Position numbers and translations under genes: made by a program
Part shown: piece after piece, positions 10,191-20,048 of the stretch
Numbering within the stretch: the first letter of the stretch is position 1
Layout: every line of letters starts with the position of its first letter
The notes under the pieces: model-generated
Told to the model about the DNA's origin: nothing
The model's database searches: none
What the model saw: the letters and a program-made list of their open reading frames with translations, nothing else
NCBI GenBank assembly: GCA_033764315.1
Contig: JANRJA010000056.1
Coordinates: forward strand, 17,515 to 81,514
Direction of reading: 5' to 3'
Source: Oculatellaceae cyanobacterium bins.114
GTDB lineage: Bacteria; Cyanobacteriota; Cyanobacteriia; Elainellales; Elainellaceae
DNA: 64,000 nucleotides

Positions 10191-10285
10191 GGACTAAATA
10201 AAGGGTAAAAGTTGGGGCAAAGCGTTGGGACAAAGATAATCTGACTAGGGCAGATTTGTTCACCCCAATGCTTCACCCCTGCTCC

Positions 10286-10393
10286 TTATTTGAGGATGCC
10301 GAAATAATAAGCAGCCACAACAAAGTTGACCACGAGCAACAAAAGTGCCCAAGCGGTGCGGAAGGTATAAGGAGGTTTTGCCTTTGAGGTCAT
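10286..10393 (-). CDS. psaX: Photosystem I subunit PsaX
   Basis: Manual translation MTSKAKPPYTFRTAWALLLLVVNFVVAAYYFGILK (35 aa) matches the PsaX pattern; below the ORF-track cutoff. Confidence 0.93.
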   Translation of the reverse strand: MTSKAKPPYTFRTAWALLLLVVNFVVAAYYFGILK

Positions 10394-10639
10394 AGAGATT
10401 CAGTTCCTAATTATTGAATTGGTTATGAACTCATCACCGCCCATTATTGAATAATCTGTAGCACACCAAAGCATTTGTTGAAAAAACTCAATATTCTGTC
10501 AAGACAGTTGATACAAGGGGGCATGGGGCTTCACCCCAAACCAAAGGGCTAAGCTCCCGACGAAGCCCCTGTACTCCATCTAAAAAGATAGAAATTGTAA
10601 GTCTCATTCAGATTCTCGATTTTCCAGTGCCCTTTCTCC

Positions 10640-11578
10640 TCAACCTGCTTTCCCAGCGTGGTAAGAACTCCGAACCAAAGGCCCCGATCGCACATGGCTA
10701 AAGCCCATTTCACGAGCGATCGCCCCCAATCGTTCAAACTCCTCAGGAGTCCAATACCGTTGCACAGGCAAATGATCGAGTGACGGTCGCATATATTGAC
10801 CCAGCGTGAGGCGATCGCACTTTACCTGGCGCAAATCCTGCATGGCCTCAATGACCTCTGCCTCAGTTTCACCATGCCCTAACATCAAGCCCGACTTTGT
10901 AGGAATGGTTGCATCCAGTTCCTTAACGATCTGGAGAACCTGCAGCGATCGCTCATATTTTGCTCCCCGTCGCACCGGCCCCTGAAGCCGTCTGACCGTC
11001 TCAATATTATGGTTATAACAAGCAGGCTGAGCGGCAACAACGGTCGCAATGTGTCTGCGTTGAGCAACATCCCCCTCTAGACCAGCCCAAAAATCAGGAG
11101 TCAACACTTCAATCTGAGTATCTGGATTGACCCCTCGAATCGCATTCATCGTTTGAGCAAACCACCCCGACCCTTGATCAGGCAAATCATCTCGCGCAAC
11201 AGACGTTAGCACCACATACCGTAGCCCCAGTAATCGCACCGACTCCGCCACTTTTTGGGGTTCCGCTGGATCAAGAGGCATTGGGGCATGTCCCTTATCC
11301 ACCTGACAAAACCCACAAGCCCGCGTGCAGGTGGGCCCCATTAGCAAAAATGTTGCTGTCTGGTTGGCATAACACTCCCCTCGATTGGGACATCGCCCCT
11401 CTTCGCAGATCGTATGAATCTGACGTTGCTTAACGATTTGCTGAACCGTCGAAATCTCACTCGCCTTACCGATGGGACGACGCAACCAGGCAGGCAAAGT
11501 TTCGTGAGGCAGTTCACGATTGGGCGATCGCTTCATAGATGGGGCAGAGTGTTCAGTTTCAAACGACATAGAGTTCAA
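10640..11578 (-). CDS. lipA: Lipoyl synthase
   Basis: [12 protein letters not shown], radical [18 protein letters not shown]-terminus; exact start uncertain. Confidence 0.95.
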   Translation of the reverse strand: MNSMSFETEHSAPSMKRSPNRELPHETLPAWLRRPIGKASEISTVQQIVKQRQIHTICEEGRCPNRGECYANQTATFLLMGPTCTRACGFCQVDKGHAPMPLDPAEPQKVAESVRLLGLRYVVLTSVARDDLPDQGSGWFAQTMNAIRGVNPDTQIEVLTPDFWAGLEGDVAQRRHIATVVAAQPACYNHNIETVRRLQGPVRRGAKYERSLQVLQIVKELDATIPTKSGLMLGHGETEAEVIEAMQDLRQVKCDRLTLGQYMRPSLDHLPVQRYWTPEEFERLGAIAREMGFSHVRSGPLVRSSYHAGKAG

Positions 11579-11652
11579 AGATCTGGACGATTACGCTTAG
11601 GGAAGATGCCTCACATCGCATTCACAATCAGCATTCCACTCTCAAAAGATTG

Positions 11653-11940
11653 TCAGCTAACCTTGAAATTGACCATTAATTCAGACAAAACCAGTCTCAA
11701 TTGTAAAGCAACCTCCATTAAAAGTTCTGCCTCTCGGTTTAGAGGCGCAAGCAGGTATGAAAAGCAAGTAGGAGCTAGAGTATCTGAATCTTTTGCTACT
11801 TCAGCGATGCCTCTCGCTGCAAAATCAACAGGCAAGCCCCTCGCCATAACCGCATTTATTGAAGAATGTGTAAACATCGCATATAACAGGGCTATCTTGC
11901 GACGGATGCCATTTAAAGTTATTGATAAGGAGAGTTCCAA
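11653..11940 (-). CDS. Hypothetical protein (uncertain; opposite strand also open)
   Basis: 95-aa ORF co-oriented with and upstream of lipA; AGGAGG RBS-like sequence before its TTG start. Confidence 0.4.
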   Translation of the reverse strand: MELSLSITLNGIRRKIALLYAMFTHSSINAVMARGLPVDFAARGIAEVAKDSDTLAPTCFSYLLAPLNREAELLMEVALQLRLVLSELMVNFKVS

Positions 11941-12362
11941 CCCCTCCTAAGTCATACTTACCAGTCATACTTACCCAAATTCTAGCCTCGTCCGTCGAAG
12001 TACAACTTTAATCAACACCTTAAAAAATTAATTAGTCATTGACTTATTTAGCTTTTGTGCATGAAACGCTAATATTTGGGATATCTAAGAACATAAAGCG
12101 CAACTTGGTTTAAAAGCAAAATTGATACCGCCTGAAATGAGAGCTATTCTGCCATTGAGCAGTTACACTAGTTCATGCTGACATATGTAGGGTTTGCAAC
12201 TTACGGTGAGAATAGCTTTGACTGACTTGGAGCGAATGTCATATTACCAATCTCCGCTTTCTCTATACCAAAGTTGAGTCCCATTGTCAGGATGAAAAGA
12301 GGCGATGTCACCGAAGCCTGACCTTTCATTTGTTCCTTCAGTCACCACCAGAGGAGTCCGTC

Positions 12363-12923
12363 GTGGCAAGTCACAAGATTCTGGTCATTGATGACAGCAG
12401 AGTCATCCGTAATATGGTTCGGGATATGTTACCAAAAGGTAATTTTGAGGTCCTAGAAGCCAAAGATGGTGTTGAGGGTCTTAACACCATTCATCAAGAG
12501 CGTCCAAATTTAATCATGTTGGATTTTCTTCTACCCCGGATGAGTGGGTGGGAAGTGTTTCAGCAGATTCAAGCGCAACCTGACCTGAGAGCACCCTTAG
12601 TGCTAATGTCTGGACGCAAAGAAGAGGTGACTGAGAAAATTCCAGAACCCTTTGAGTATTTTGAATTTATTGAAAAGCCATTTGAGCAACGCGAATTAGT
12701 CGATGCCATCAAATCGGCAATGGCAAAGTTTAAGAAATGGCCTCAGCCAACGATGTCAGCCGCAGCAACCGCCGCTGCCGCCGCTGCCGCTGCAAGCGAT
12801 GCATCTGGTTCAGCTGAGATCGAGGCATTAAAACAAAAGGTTGATAAGATGCAGACTGAAATTGATCTGTTGAAAAAGCAACTGGCGCAGATTTTGACCT
12901 TTGTAAAACAAAAGCTCAAGTAA
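12363..12923 (+). CDS. Response regulator: receiver domain plus C-terminal coiled coil
   Basis: KILVIDDS, IMLDFLLP, FIEKPF; GTG start at 12363 preceded by GAGGAG. Confidence 0.9.
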   Translation: MASHKILVIDDSRVIRNMVRDMLPKGNFEVLEAKDGVEGLNTIHQERPNLIMLDFLLPRMSGWEVFQQIQAQPDLRAPLVLMSGRKEEVTEKIPEPFEYFEFIEKPFEQRELVDAIKSAMAKFKKWPQPTMSAAATAAAAAAAASDASGSAEIEALKQKVDKMQTEIDLLKKQLAQILTFVKQKLK

Positions 12924-12943
12924 GGTAGCCTCACAGGACAAAA

Positions 12944-13108
12944 ATGAGTTGGGAACCAGGAAATCCAAAAGGTTGGGGTGATCCAGCACCCATTGTCCTT
13001 GCGATCTTGTTGCTGGTCATTGCAGGAGCAGCCGTTGATAATTTTAATAACGTCTCTGCGGAACGCGATCGCTGTGAAGAGTTGTTGAACGGTTCACAGG
13101 TCAGATAG
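12944..13108 (+). CDS. Putative small single-pass membrane protein (54 aa)
   Basis: MSWEPGNPKGWGDPAPIVLAILLLVIAGAAVDNFNNVSAERDRCEELLNGSQVR; AGGA RBS; 20 nt after the response regulator stop. Confidence 0.5.
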   Translation: MSWEPGNPKGWGDPAPIVLAILLLVIAGAAVDNFNNVSAERDRCEELLNGSQVR

Positions 13109-13207
13109 GAGTGGCGAACTGTGGACAACTGGGGGCCCCAAAAACTGGGGGTCTAAACCCCAAAAGTTGCACATCGCATTTAGATCTCTAACAAATTAGA
13201 TTCTTTT

Positions 13208-13247
13208 GATTGAGGGAGTGCCTACAAATCACGCACTCCTCTCAATC
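13208..13247. terminator. Hairpin between convergent genes (putative terminator)
   Basis: GATTGAGGGAGTGC...GCACTCCTCTCAATC inverted repeat. Confidence 0.5.
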
Positions 13248-13285
13248 TGACAGAGGTCTATGACACAAACTGGGTTGATTGAGCA

Positions 13286-14143
13286 CTACACCTCTTCGTT
13301 GGGCAATGGATTAGCGAGATCTGGGATCACTACATTAGGTGAAAAAGGTTGCAATGGGGCAGAGTTAACCACCGTTGGATTGGCTCGCTGCAAAGCATCT
13401 GCCCAGTTCTTGGCTAACAACATGAAATCGGAGGGCATCATCAAGATCGTTGTGGTGTTATTTTCTGCGCCAATTTCAGTCAACATTTGCAGTCGTCGTA
13501 ACTCTAAAGCAACTGGATTCTCCACAATTTTCTGCGACGCTTCTGCCAGTTTGATTGAGGCTTCTTGTTCAGCTGCTGCCTTGATTAGCCGCGCCCGTTT
13601 TTCGCGAATGGCTTCCGCTTCTTTTGCCATTGCTCGTTGCATACTCGTGGGAATTTCTACATCCTTCATTTCGACTCGCTCAATCACAATTCCCCAGGGT
13701 TCTGTAATTTCGTCTACAATCTCCTGCACTCGAACATTAATCTTGTCGCGGTTTTGCAACACATCATCCAAAATATTTTGTCCAACCACGTTACGTAAAG
13801 TTGTCAAGGCAATTTGATAAACAGCCATCTGATAATTCTCAACCCGGTTAATCGCCTTGTTGGGATCAAGAATGCGGTAATACAACACGGCGTTCACTTT
13901 GACCGTGACGCTGTCGGCCGTAACTGTTTCTTGAGCCTGAATGTCAACCGTGCGAGTACGGATATCAATTTGCACTTTTTGATCAACCCAGGGAACCACC
14001 CAATATAGACCCGGGCCTCTCACGCTTTGCAACCGCCCTAAACGATAAATCACACCCCGTTGATATTCTCGATCGAGCTTAAGACCTCCTGCGATCGCCC
14101 CCATAGTAAAAATAGCGAGCACTCCAACTAATGCTGCTCCCAT
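13286..14143 (-). CDS. SPFH/band 7 (stomatin/slipin) family protein
   Basis: YQRGVIYRLGR, GPGL, TTLRNVVG, MQRAMAKEAEAIREKRAR, LELRRLQML; likely start ATG 14143. Confidence 0.92.
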   Translation of the reverse strand: MGAALVGVLAIFTMGAIAGGLKLDREYQRGVIYRLGRLQSVRGPGLYWVVPWVDQKVQIDIRTRTVDIQAQETVTADSVTVKVNAVLYYRILDPNKAINRVENYQMAVYQIALTTLRNVVGQNILDDVLQNRDKINVRVQEIVDEITEPWGIVIERVEMKDVEIPTSMQRAMAKEAEAIREKRARLIKAAAEQEASIKLAEASQKIVENPVALELRRLQMLTEIGAENNTTTILMMPSDFMLLAKNWADALQRANPTVVNSAPLQPFSPNVVIPDLANPLPNEEV

Positions 14144-14665
14144 CGTTTTACAACTCCGCTTAAATATATCTATTCTAGAGGAGAATTTTGTCGTGTCGAG
14201 GAATCTAAACAAAACCATCTATGATCATCTCGACCATCTTTTGAGGGCTAATTCTTAACCTCTTTATCTACAAATTAGCTATTTTGATATTAAATAATCA
14301 GCACCCTAAAAATAGTTTCAGCGAGGTTATCTCTCTTAATTTAAAGATGATCTCTTAATAGAGAAAGTACCTAAATCTACTTTTTCAAAAATCTAGAAAC
14401 TCAGGACATTTAATCACTCATCCATTCATTAAGGTGGCTTTATTTCATCCAAAAACTATGGTGTTGTTTGAGTCGTTGAATGAGTTTTATAAAATGATTA
14501 TCGATGGTAGTCTAAAACTAGATAATTCACGATATCCCTCTAATTCTTTTGGGGCAATGGTTATCTCACAGCCGATTCACCAGATCTGTTGAATCGTTGC
14601 AAAACACCTGCAAAACAAATTTGCTAGCCTACAATAGAAGTAGTACAAAAGTATTTATTAGCCCT

Positions 14666-15193
14666 ATGGTTCAATATACATTGACTCAAAACTCAGACAT
14701 TGTTTTAACCGTTCCTGGCAAAGACTCGCCTCAGGCTCGCAGTAAAGCGATGGATCAGTTAATCAAACTGGTAGAAGACGGTAAAATTCCTGCTAATCTT
14801 TCCAAAGGATTTAGTCCTCAACAGTTTGTTGAAGTAGAAGAGCCAACTCCCATGACCGCTGATGCCAACGTACCTGATTCACTCAATTCTGAAGACGCGC
14901 TTAACCAAGCCGTGCAAGTGCTTAATAATTTCGCTACTCTAAAACTCAAAGTTCAGGCATCTAAAACAGAAGCCATGAAGGTGCGTGCTCAAGTGGATAG
15001 TTTATTTACTGATGAGCCAGTCGATGAAGCAGAAATAGAACGATTAAAAGAAGGGTTCAAAGTTCTCAAGACCTTTGCTCAAGCCAATATGCGCTATTCG
15101 GAAGCTCGTCCTCAAGCTGAGCAAGCCCGAATGGTGCTCGATCAAGCTTTGTCCTTAGACTCGACCTCAAGCTCACCCAAATCAGCTCGATAG
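14666..15193 (+). CDS. Cyanobacterial hypothetical protein (coiled-coil)
   Basis: MVQYTLTQ...VPGKDS...AMDQL; start moved to ATG 14666. Confidence 0.75.
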   Translation: MVQYTLTQNSDIVLTVPGKDSPQARSKAMDQLIKLVEDGKIPANLSKGFSPQQFVEVEEPTPMTADANVPDSLNSEDALNQAVQVLNNFATLKLKVQASKTEAMKVRAQVDSLFTDEPVDEAEIERLKEGFKVLKTFAQANMRYSEARPQAEQARMVLDQALSLDSTSSSPKSAR

Positions 15194-15399
15194 TCTATTA
15201 ATAGCGTCACCTGAGTGTCAGCAATTTTGTCATCGTTGTATAAATTTATATTGAAGGGGGGAATCACCCCCTTCACAAAATGCAAAATACCGGGACAATA
15301 TAGGGGGTCGCTTCTAGCGTGAGGGGGCTTACTGCTAGAAGCGACCTCTTTAAAAATTGGCGATCGCCCCACCCTCCGTGCAATATTCGCTAATTGCAC

Positions 15400-15425
15400 G
15401 AAAAAACCCAGCATCTCTGCTGGGC
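15400..15425 (-). terminator. Rho-independent terminator (minus strand)
   Basis: GCCCAGCAGAGATGCTGGGTTTTTTC on the minus strand. Confidence 0.6.
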
Positions 15426-15635
15426 AATGACCATAGCACTCGAACCAAACCCCTGATCTGCATGCGCATTGCTGACGTAGGAGCGACAACCGCCATCGCG
15501 ATCGAAATTTAATTCTTTGTTACTAACAAAATACTGATGGTCAACCTCTGATCACTTCATCCGACTGTGTCACCTGGTTGGATGATTTTTCAAAAATGCC
15601 AGAAGAGATGCGATTAGTCACATCTCTTCTTGACT

Positions 15636-17831
15636 TTAGACCAACTCGATTGCTCGTTTTGCGATCGCCTCTGGGGTAATGCCATTAAACGCCATCAACT
15701 CATTGGCGGTGGCAGTGGTTTCCCCCCGTCTCCAGGCAAAGGTATCTCGCTTTGCAGTGCTGCGCAGCATAACGGGTTCCAACATACCGCTGGCTCCTCC
15801 CGTAACGCCGATCAGAGCGTCGCCCCCAAACAAAGCCTCAAAGCCAGCATCACTGAGAAAGGCACCATCGGGTTCAGAGCACGTATCCCAGGCCACATCA
15901 TGGGGACGATACAACCGACGAGGATTGACGACCGACACAATGCGACTGCCAATGCCCTGAGCTTCTAGCTGCTTAGCGGCTTCCATCACTGGATTGAGCA
16001 CCATATCTCCAACGACTGCAAAAACAACCGTTTTAGTACCAGAGGTCTCACTTAAGGCGATCGCCCCATCCTGCAATGCCTGGCGAGTCTGGTCAAACGT
16101 AGTGCGAATCGGCAGCGGAGATTTGCTAGCGGTAATCACAATCCCTTTATTAAGGGTCGTGAGTGCCCAGTCGTAGCACACCTGAATGCTGTTGGCATCG
16201 GGTGGAAACAGCGGGAAGATGTTGCCATTGCGCATCATGGCAGCGAAGTATGCCTCAATTTCAGGGCGTTGATGTGTCCAGCCGTTGCGTCCTTGCTCCA
16301 GTGCTCCTGCGGTAAACAGCGTAATGGTGGATGGCGTAGGGCGACGCAACTCTGTCATGGCCTGAGTCACCGTTTGCCAAATGGGTAAGCCATTGATCGC
16401 AAAGGATTCATAGGAACACCAGAGAGTGCGTGATCCCATGAGAGACAGCCCCGCTGCCAAGCCAGCACAGGCATCTTCACTCAAGGGTTCATACACTTGC
16501 CCACCGGGTTGTTGAAAGTAAAGAGCATCTTCAACCGGGTGATTGATTTTGAGTGCCTGGTTAATATTGCCAATTCCAGAGGCTTCGTTGCCATCGGCAT
16601 TAGTGACAACAAAGGCGCGATCGCCCTCCCCCACCTTTGCCACTAATCGACCCATTGTCGTGGTTGATACCTTCGGCTCGCCCCCCACCGGATATTCCTC
16701 TAACGGCAGGTTAGTGGCAGGCAGATGCAACTCCGAAAATTCTGTCACAACGGTTTTAGCCGCAGGGCCGCCACCTGCCCGTTCACAATTTGTCCGCACC
16801 AGTTCCCAGGCATCAGCAGATAGCGATCGGGTCTTCAGTGCCTCCATAATATGAGGACTATCTAACGTATCTTTGGGGTAAAGGTTGTGGGATTTGGCAC
16901 CTCTCGCATGTACTCCTGCGCCTTTGAGTTGTTTGATGATAAAGGCAGTCAGCTTGCCACTGAGAGCAGATTTTGCAGCCTTATCAATGCCAGCCAACAC
17001 CGCTTGAGTAAATGCCAATCGCTGCTCAAACGAGAAGATCGTGCTATCGATGTAGTCACCCGGTTGATTTTGGTCATCAAACTCTTTAGCATCCACCAAC
17101 ACGACTTCTTCAAACCCATTGCCATGCCAGTAGGCCAGCATGCTCTCGTTGGTCTTGGTTGACACCATACTGTGGTGTTCTTGCGAGAACCCGTTCCACA
17201 CTAAGATTGGCAGAAAGTTGGTGGCGTGAGGATAGGCCGTGTTGAAGTGGGCGATCGCACTCATAATATAAGGCTCACCCAGACCCCCATCGCCCACGGT
17301 AAAGGGAAACAGCTTGTCTTTGTGGAGTAACGCAGCAGCCAACGCAAAGTGCTGTCCTTGCCCTAAAGGACCTGCTGGAGCCAATAATCCGGGGATAAAG
17401 CCAGAGAGGTGCCCCAGCAACCCATGCCGTTCTCGGAAGCGATCGCGCAACTGTTGCACGCTTTGGATGCCCATCTCTTCTAACGAGCGATCTAAAAACA
17501 TGGCACTGTAAAAGCCTGGAGCGTGGTGCCCCACCTCAGTGATGATGTTTTTATAGCCCAACATAACCAGGGCAGCATAGGCTTCTGCTTGACTGGCAAA
17601 CCCACCGGGATGCCCAGATGCCTTGCTACCAGTCACTTGCAGAGTCAGATACCGCAAAGCATCCGCATATAACAAGGTTTGATAAACCGCTGCGGCATCA
17701 GTCGGATCAGCAATAGCTACCTGACCGGGGGCGATCGCAGGCTCTTTCCCTAGGGTCTCAAAGTGAGGCAGCGTTGCCCCAAAATACTGAATTCCCTCAC
17801 AGAAAGTAGGAATAGGGGTTACAGCCGTCAT
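15636..17831 (-). CDS. ThDP-dependent phosphoketolase/transketolase-like enzyme
   Basis: SGHPGG, GPLGQG, GDGG...N ThDP motif, LSEDAC, SYESFA, QGRNGWTHQRP. Confidence 0.85.
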   Translation of the reverse strand: MTAVTPIPTFCEGIQYFGATLPHFETLGKEPAIAPGQVAIADPTDAAAVYQTLLYADALRYLTLQVTGSKASGHPGGFASQAEAYAALVMLGYKNIITEVGHHAPGFYSAMFLDRSLEEMGIQSVQQLRDRFRERHGLLGHLSGFIPGLLAPAGPLGQGQHFALAAALLHKDKLFPFTVGDGGLGEPYIMSAIAHFNTAYPHATNFLPILVWNGFSQEHHSMVSTKTNESMLAYWHGNGFEEVVLVDAKEFDDQNQPGDYIDSTIFSFEQRLAFTQAVLAGIDKAAKSALSGKLTAFIIKQLKGAGVHARGAKSHNLYPKDTLDSPHIMEALKTRSLSADAWELVRTNCERAGGGPAAKTVVTEFSELHLPATNLPLEEYPVGGEPKVSTTTMGRLVAKVGEGDRAFVVTNADGNEASGIGNINQALKINHPVEDALYFQQPGGQVYEPLSEDACAGLAAGLSLMGSRTLWCSYESFAINGLPIWQTVTQAMTELRRPTPSTITLFTAGALEQGRNGWTHQRPEIEAYFAAMMRNGNIFPLFPPDANSIQVCYDWALTTLNKGIVITASKSPLPIRTTFDQTRQALQDGAIALSETSGTKTVVFAVVGDMVLNPVMEAAKQLEAQGIGSRIVSVVNPRRLYRPHDVAWDTCSEPDGAFLSDAGFEALFGGDALIGVTGGASGMLEPVMLRSTAKRDTFAWRRGETTATANELMAFNGITPEAIAKRAIELV

Positions 17832-18015
17832 GAATTTAGATACCTCTTAGGAAATGCGCGATGAATCGTATCGGTTTCAAACCTTAATATTTGATCGTAT
17901 AGCCTGACGTGTTCAGAAGAAAACTAATGAGTTTTTATAGTTTCTATAAGCCCCAGTTAGACCGTAAATTCCTTTAAAGAAATGGTTCACACAACCGATT
18001 GTAAGCTATGCTCTC

Positions 18016-18125
18016 AGAGAGACTTTGAATTCGGCGGTCAGTTTAGTTTGTATTCTATTGACAGACAGCTCTCCGAAATTTGGATCTCTTCACTATATAA
18101 TTTGAGCTTGGTTTTGGAGTAGCTT
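18016..18125 (+). promoter_or_regulatory. Conserved rbp 5'UTR elements (TTCGGCGG / TCTCCGAA boxes forming a stem)
   Basis: TTCGGCGG 18030-18037 and TCTCCGAA 18070-18077 resemble boxes described for cold-regulated cyanobacterial rbp leaders. Confidence 0.65.
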
Positions 18126-18455
18126 ATGTCGATTTATGTAGGAAACCTGCCCTACAGTGTAACTGAGGAAAGCCTTAGTTCAATCTTCACTGAATTTGGC
18201 ACCGTAAAGCGTGTCCAAACTCCCCTTGATCGTGAAACAGGGCGTCCCAGAGGATTCGCATTTGTTGAAATGTCAACAGAAGCTGAAGAAGCCGCCGCAA
18301 TTGAGGCGCTCGACGGTGCGGAGTGGATGGGGCGTGACTTAAAAGTCAACAAAGCTAAACCCAGAGAAGAACGAGGCTCATCCTCACGGGGCGGCGGCGG
18401 TGGTTGGGGTAACAATAACCGTAGTGGCGGTGGCGGCGGTCGTCGTCCGTATTGA
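18126..18455 (+). CDS. rbp: RRM RNA-binding protein with glycine-rich tail (RbpA/B class)
   Basis: SIYVGNL (RNP2), RGFAFVEM (RNP1), Gly-rich C-terminus. Confidence 0.95.
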   Translation: MSIYVGNLPYSVTEESLSSIFTEFGTVKRVQTPLDRETGRPRGFAFVEMSTEAEEAAAIEALDGAEWMGRDLKVNKAKPREERGSSSRGGGGGWGNNNRSGGGGGRRPY

Positions 18456-18500
18456 TTAAATAGGCATTACAATGCCTCTAAAACAGCAATACATTACTCC

Positions 18501-18548
18501 AGTCTCTGGCAGATAAAGAGAGCTGCTTGATTCTGCCAGAGGCTTTTT
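18501..18548 (+). terminator. Terminator/attenuator hairpin between rbp and rpsU
   Basis: AGTCTCTGGCAGA...TCTGCCAGAGGCT followed by a T run. Confidence 0.6.
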
Positions 18549-18614
18549 GCTCATTTTTGCTAAGAACGGTTGATCTAGAATTTGTTGTCGATGAATTAGG
18601 AGGAATATCACAAC

Positions 18615-18809
18615 GTGACTCAAATTATTTTGGGCGAAAACGAGGGCATTGATTCAGCACTACGTCGATTTAAGCGGCAAGTTTCCAGAGCTGGTATTTT
18701 GCAAGATGTGAGAAAAAATCGGCACTTTGAAACTCCCTTAGAGAAGGCAAAGCGCAAAGCCATCGCTCGCAGACGGCAACGTCGGTTTAACTCTCGCCCT
18801 AAAGGCTAA
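18615..18809 (+). CDS. rpsU: 30S ribosomal protein S21
   Basis: [21 protein letters not shown]...RHFETP; GTG start with AGGAGG RBS. Confidence 0.95.
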   Translation: MTQIILGENEGIDSALRRFKRQVSRAGILQDVRKNRHFETPLEKAKRKAIARRRQRRFNSRPKG

Positions 18810-19004
18810 ATTGCAACTCTGACACAGTGGTAATCCATCCAATGGCTGGCAGTCGGTTCACAATGCTCAACGTTGTGTTTACCGATGTTGTCCTAAGAAC
18901 ATCGCTTCAAAATGTGGATGGTTTATCCTGTTGTCCGTTGCACTTGATCGTTAGCGATCGCCTGCCTCACCAGTGCACAGTGTAATCATTCCAAGGATTA
19001 ACCT

Positions 19005-20048
19005 ATGCTTGCGCGATTGCTTTTGTTGTATTGCGGCTGGTTTTATATCCTGATTACCCTCCTCTGGCTAATTTTGCGGGCGATCGTGTTTGACCGCATC
19101 TGGTGGGTAGCAATTGCCAATTCTTACATCCTCTATTTCTTAGCCTTGCTGCCTCTATTGCTGATTGCTGCTGTCTGGGGGCGATGTTGGCGTTTGTTAT
19201 TGGGGTTAAGCGTTCCAGTACTGGCGTTTTTAGGGCTATATGGAGCTTTGTTTGTTCCGGCGATCGCCAATTTAGCGTCTGGCAACGGTTCTGCCGTCAC
19301 AGTTATGACGTTCAACGTTTTGCTCGGCAACGTAGACGCTGCTCCGTTAATGACTGTTATTCGTGAGCATCATCCAGATATTCTTGGATTGCAGGAACTC
19401 ACCCCCGAACTCGCAGATGCGTTGATCCCACAACTGATAAAAGACTATCCTTACACTACTGTTGAACTGCCCTTACAAAGCAAGTCAGAAGTTGTTGGCG
19501 TTGTCAGTCGTTTTCCCATTCAAGCTAAAACTACGTTTCCCTTGGGAGGAGTGCGCTACGGCATCAACGTCAACACCCAAGAAGAATTCATCTTGCCAGG
19601 TCCGCGTCTGGGTACAAGAGCAACTGTGTTAATCGACCAGCAACCTGTTGAAGTAGCCGTCGTTGATTTGATGCATAATCCTTTGTTTTCAACCCCGTTA
19701 AACCAGTGGGGTGCAGCAGCAAGTGAATATTATCGCCAAAAAAAGTTTGAAATCGATCGCCTCAAGCAAGAGCTACAGCAAGAAAACCACCCTTTTTTAC
19801 TGTTGTGTGATTGCAATTTTCAAGACACCTCTGAATCCTATGCCCAACTGTCTCGCGTTGCACAGGATAGTTTTTATGAAAAGGGATGGGGGTTAGGAAG
19901 GACAGCCGTCTTTAACTTGGGCTTGCCCACTCAACGGTTAGACTACATCTGGTACTCCAAAGAATTTAGACCCCTTGAGGCGATCGCGGGTCAAGATCGA
20001 AGCAGTTCTGATCACTTTCCTGTGATCGCCAAACTTCAGTTGCGCTAA
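19005..20048 (+). CDS. Membrane-anchored endonuclease/exonuclease/phosphatase (EEP) family protein
   Basis: N-terminal TM helices; TFNV, GLQE, DCN, RLDYIW, SDHFPV motifs. Confidence 0.88.
   Translation: MLARLLLLYCGWFYILITLLWLILRAIVFDRIWWVAIANSYILYFLALLPLLLIAAVWGRCWRLLLGLSVPVLAFLGLYGALFVPAIANLASGNGSAVTVMTFNVLLGNVDAAPLMTVIREHHPDILGLQELTPELADALIPQLIKDYPYTTVELPLQSKSEVVGVVSRFPIQAKTTFPLGGVRYGINVNTQEEFILPGPRLGTRATVLIDQQPVEVAVVDLMHNPLFSTPLNQWGAAASEYYRQKKFEIDRLKQELQQENHPFLLLCDCNFQDTSESYAQLSRVAQDSFYEKGWGLGRTAVFNLGLPTQRLDYIWYSKEFRPLEAIAGQDRSSSDHFPVIAKLQLR

Noticed and set aside
12931..13128. 65-aa minus-strand ORF in the track
   Set aside because: Antisense shadow of the more plausible plus-strand 12944-13108 ORF
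15142..15489. 115-aa minus-strand ORF
   Set aside because: Runs through hairpins and a terminator and overlaps the convergent gene; likely non-coding
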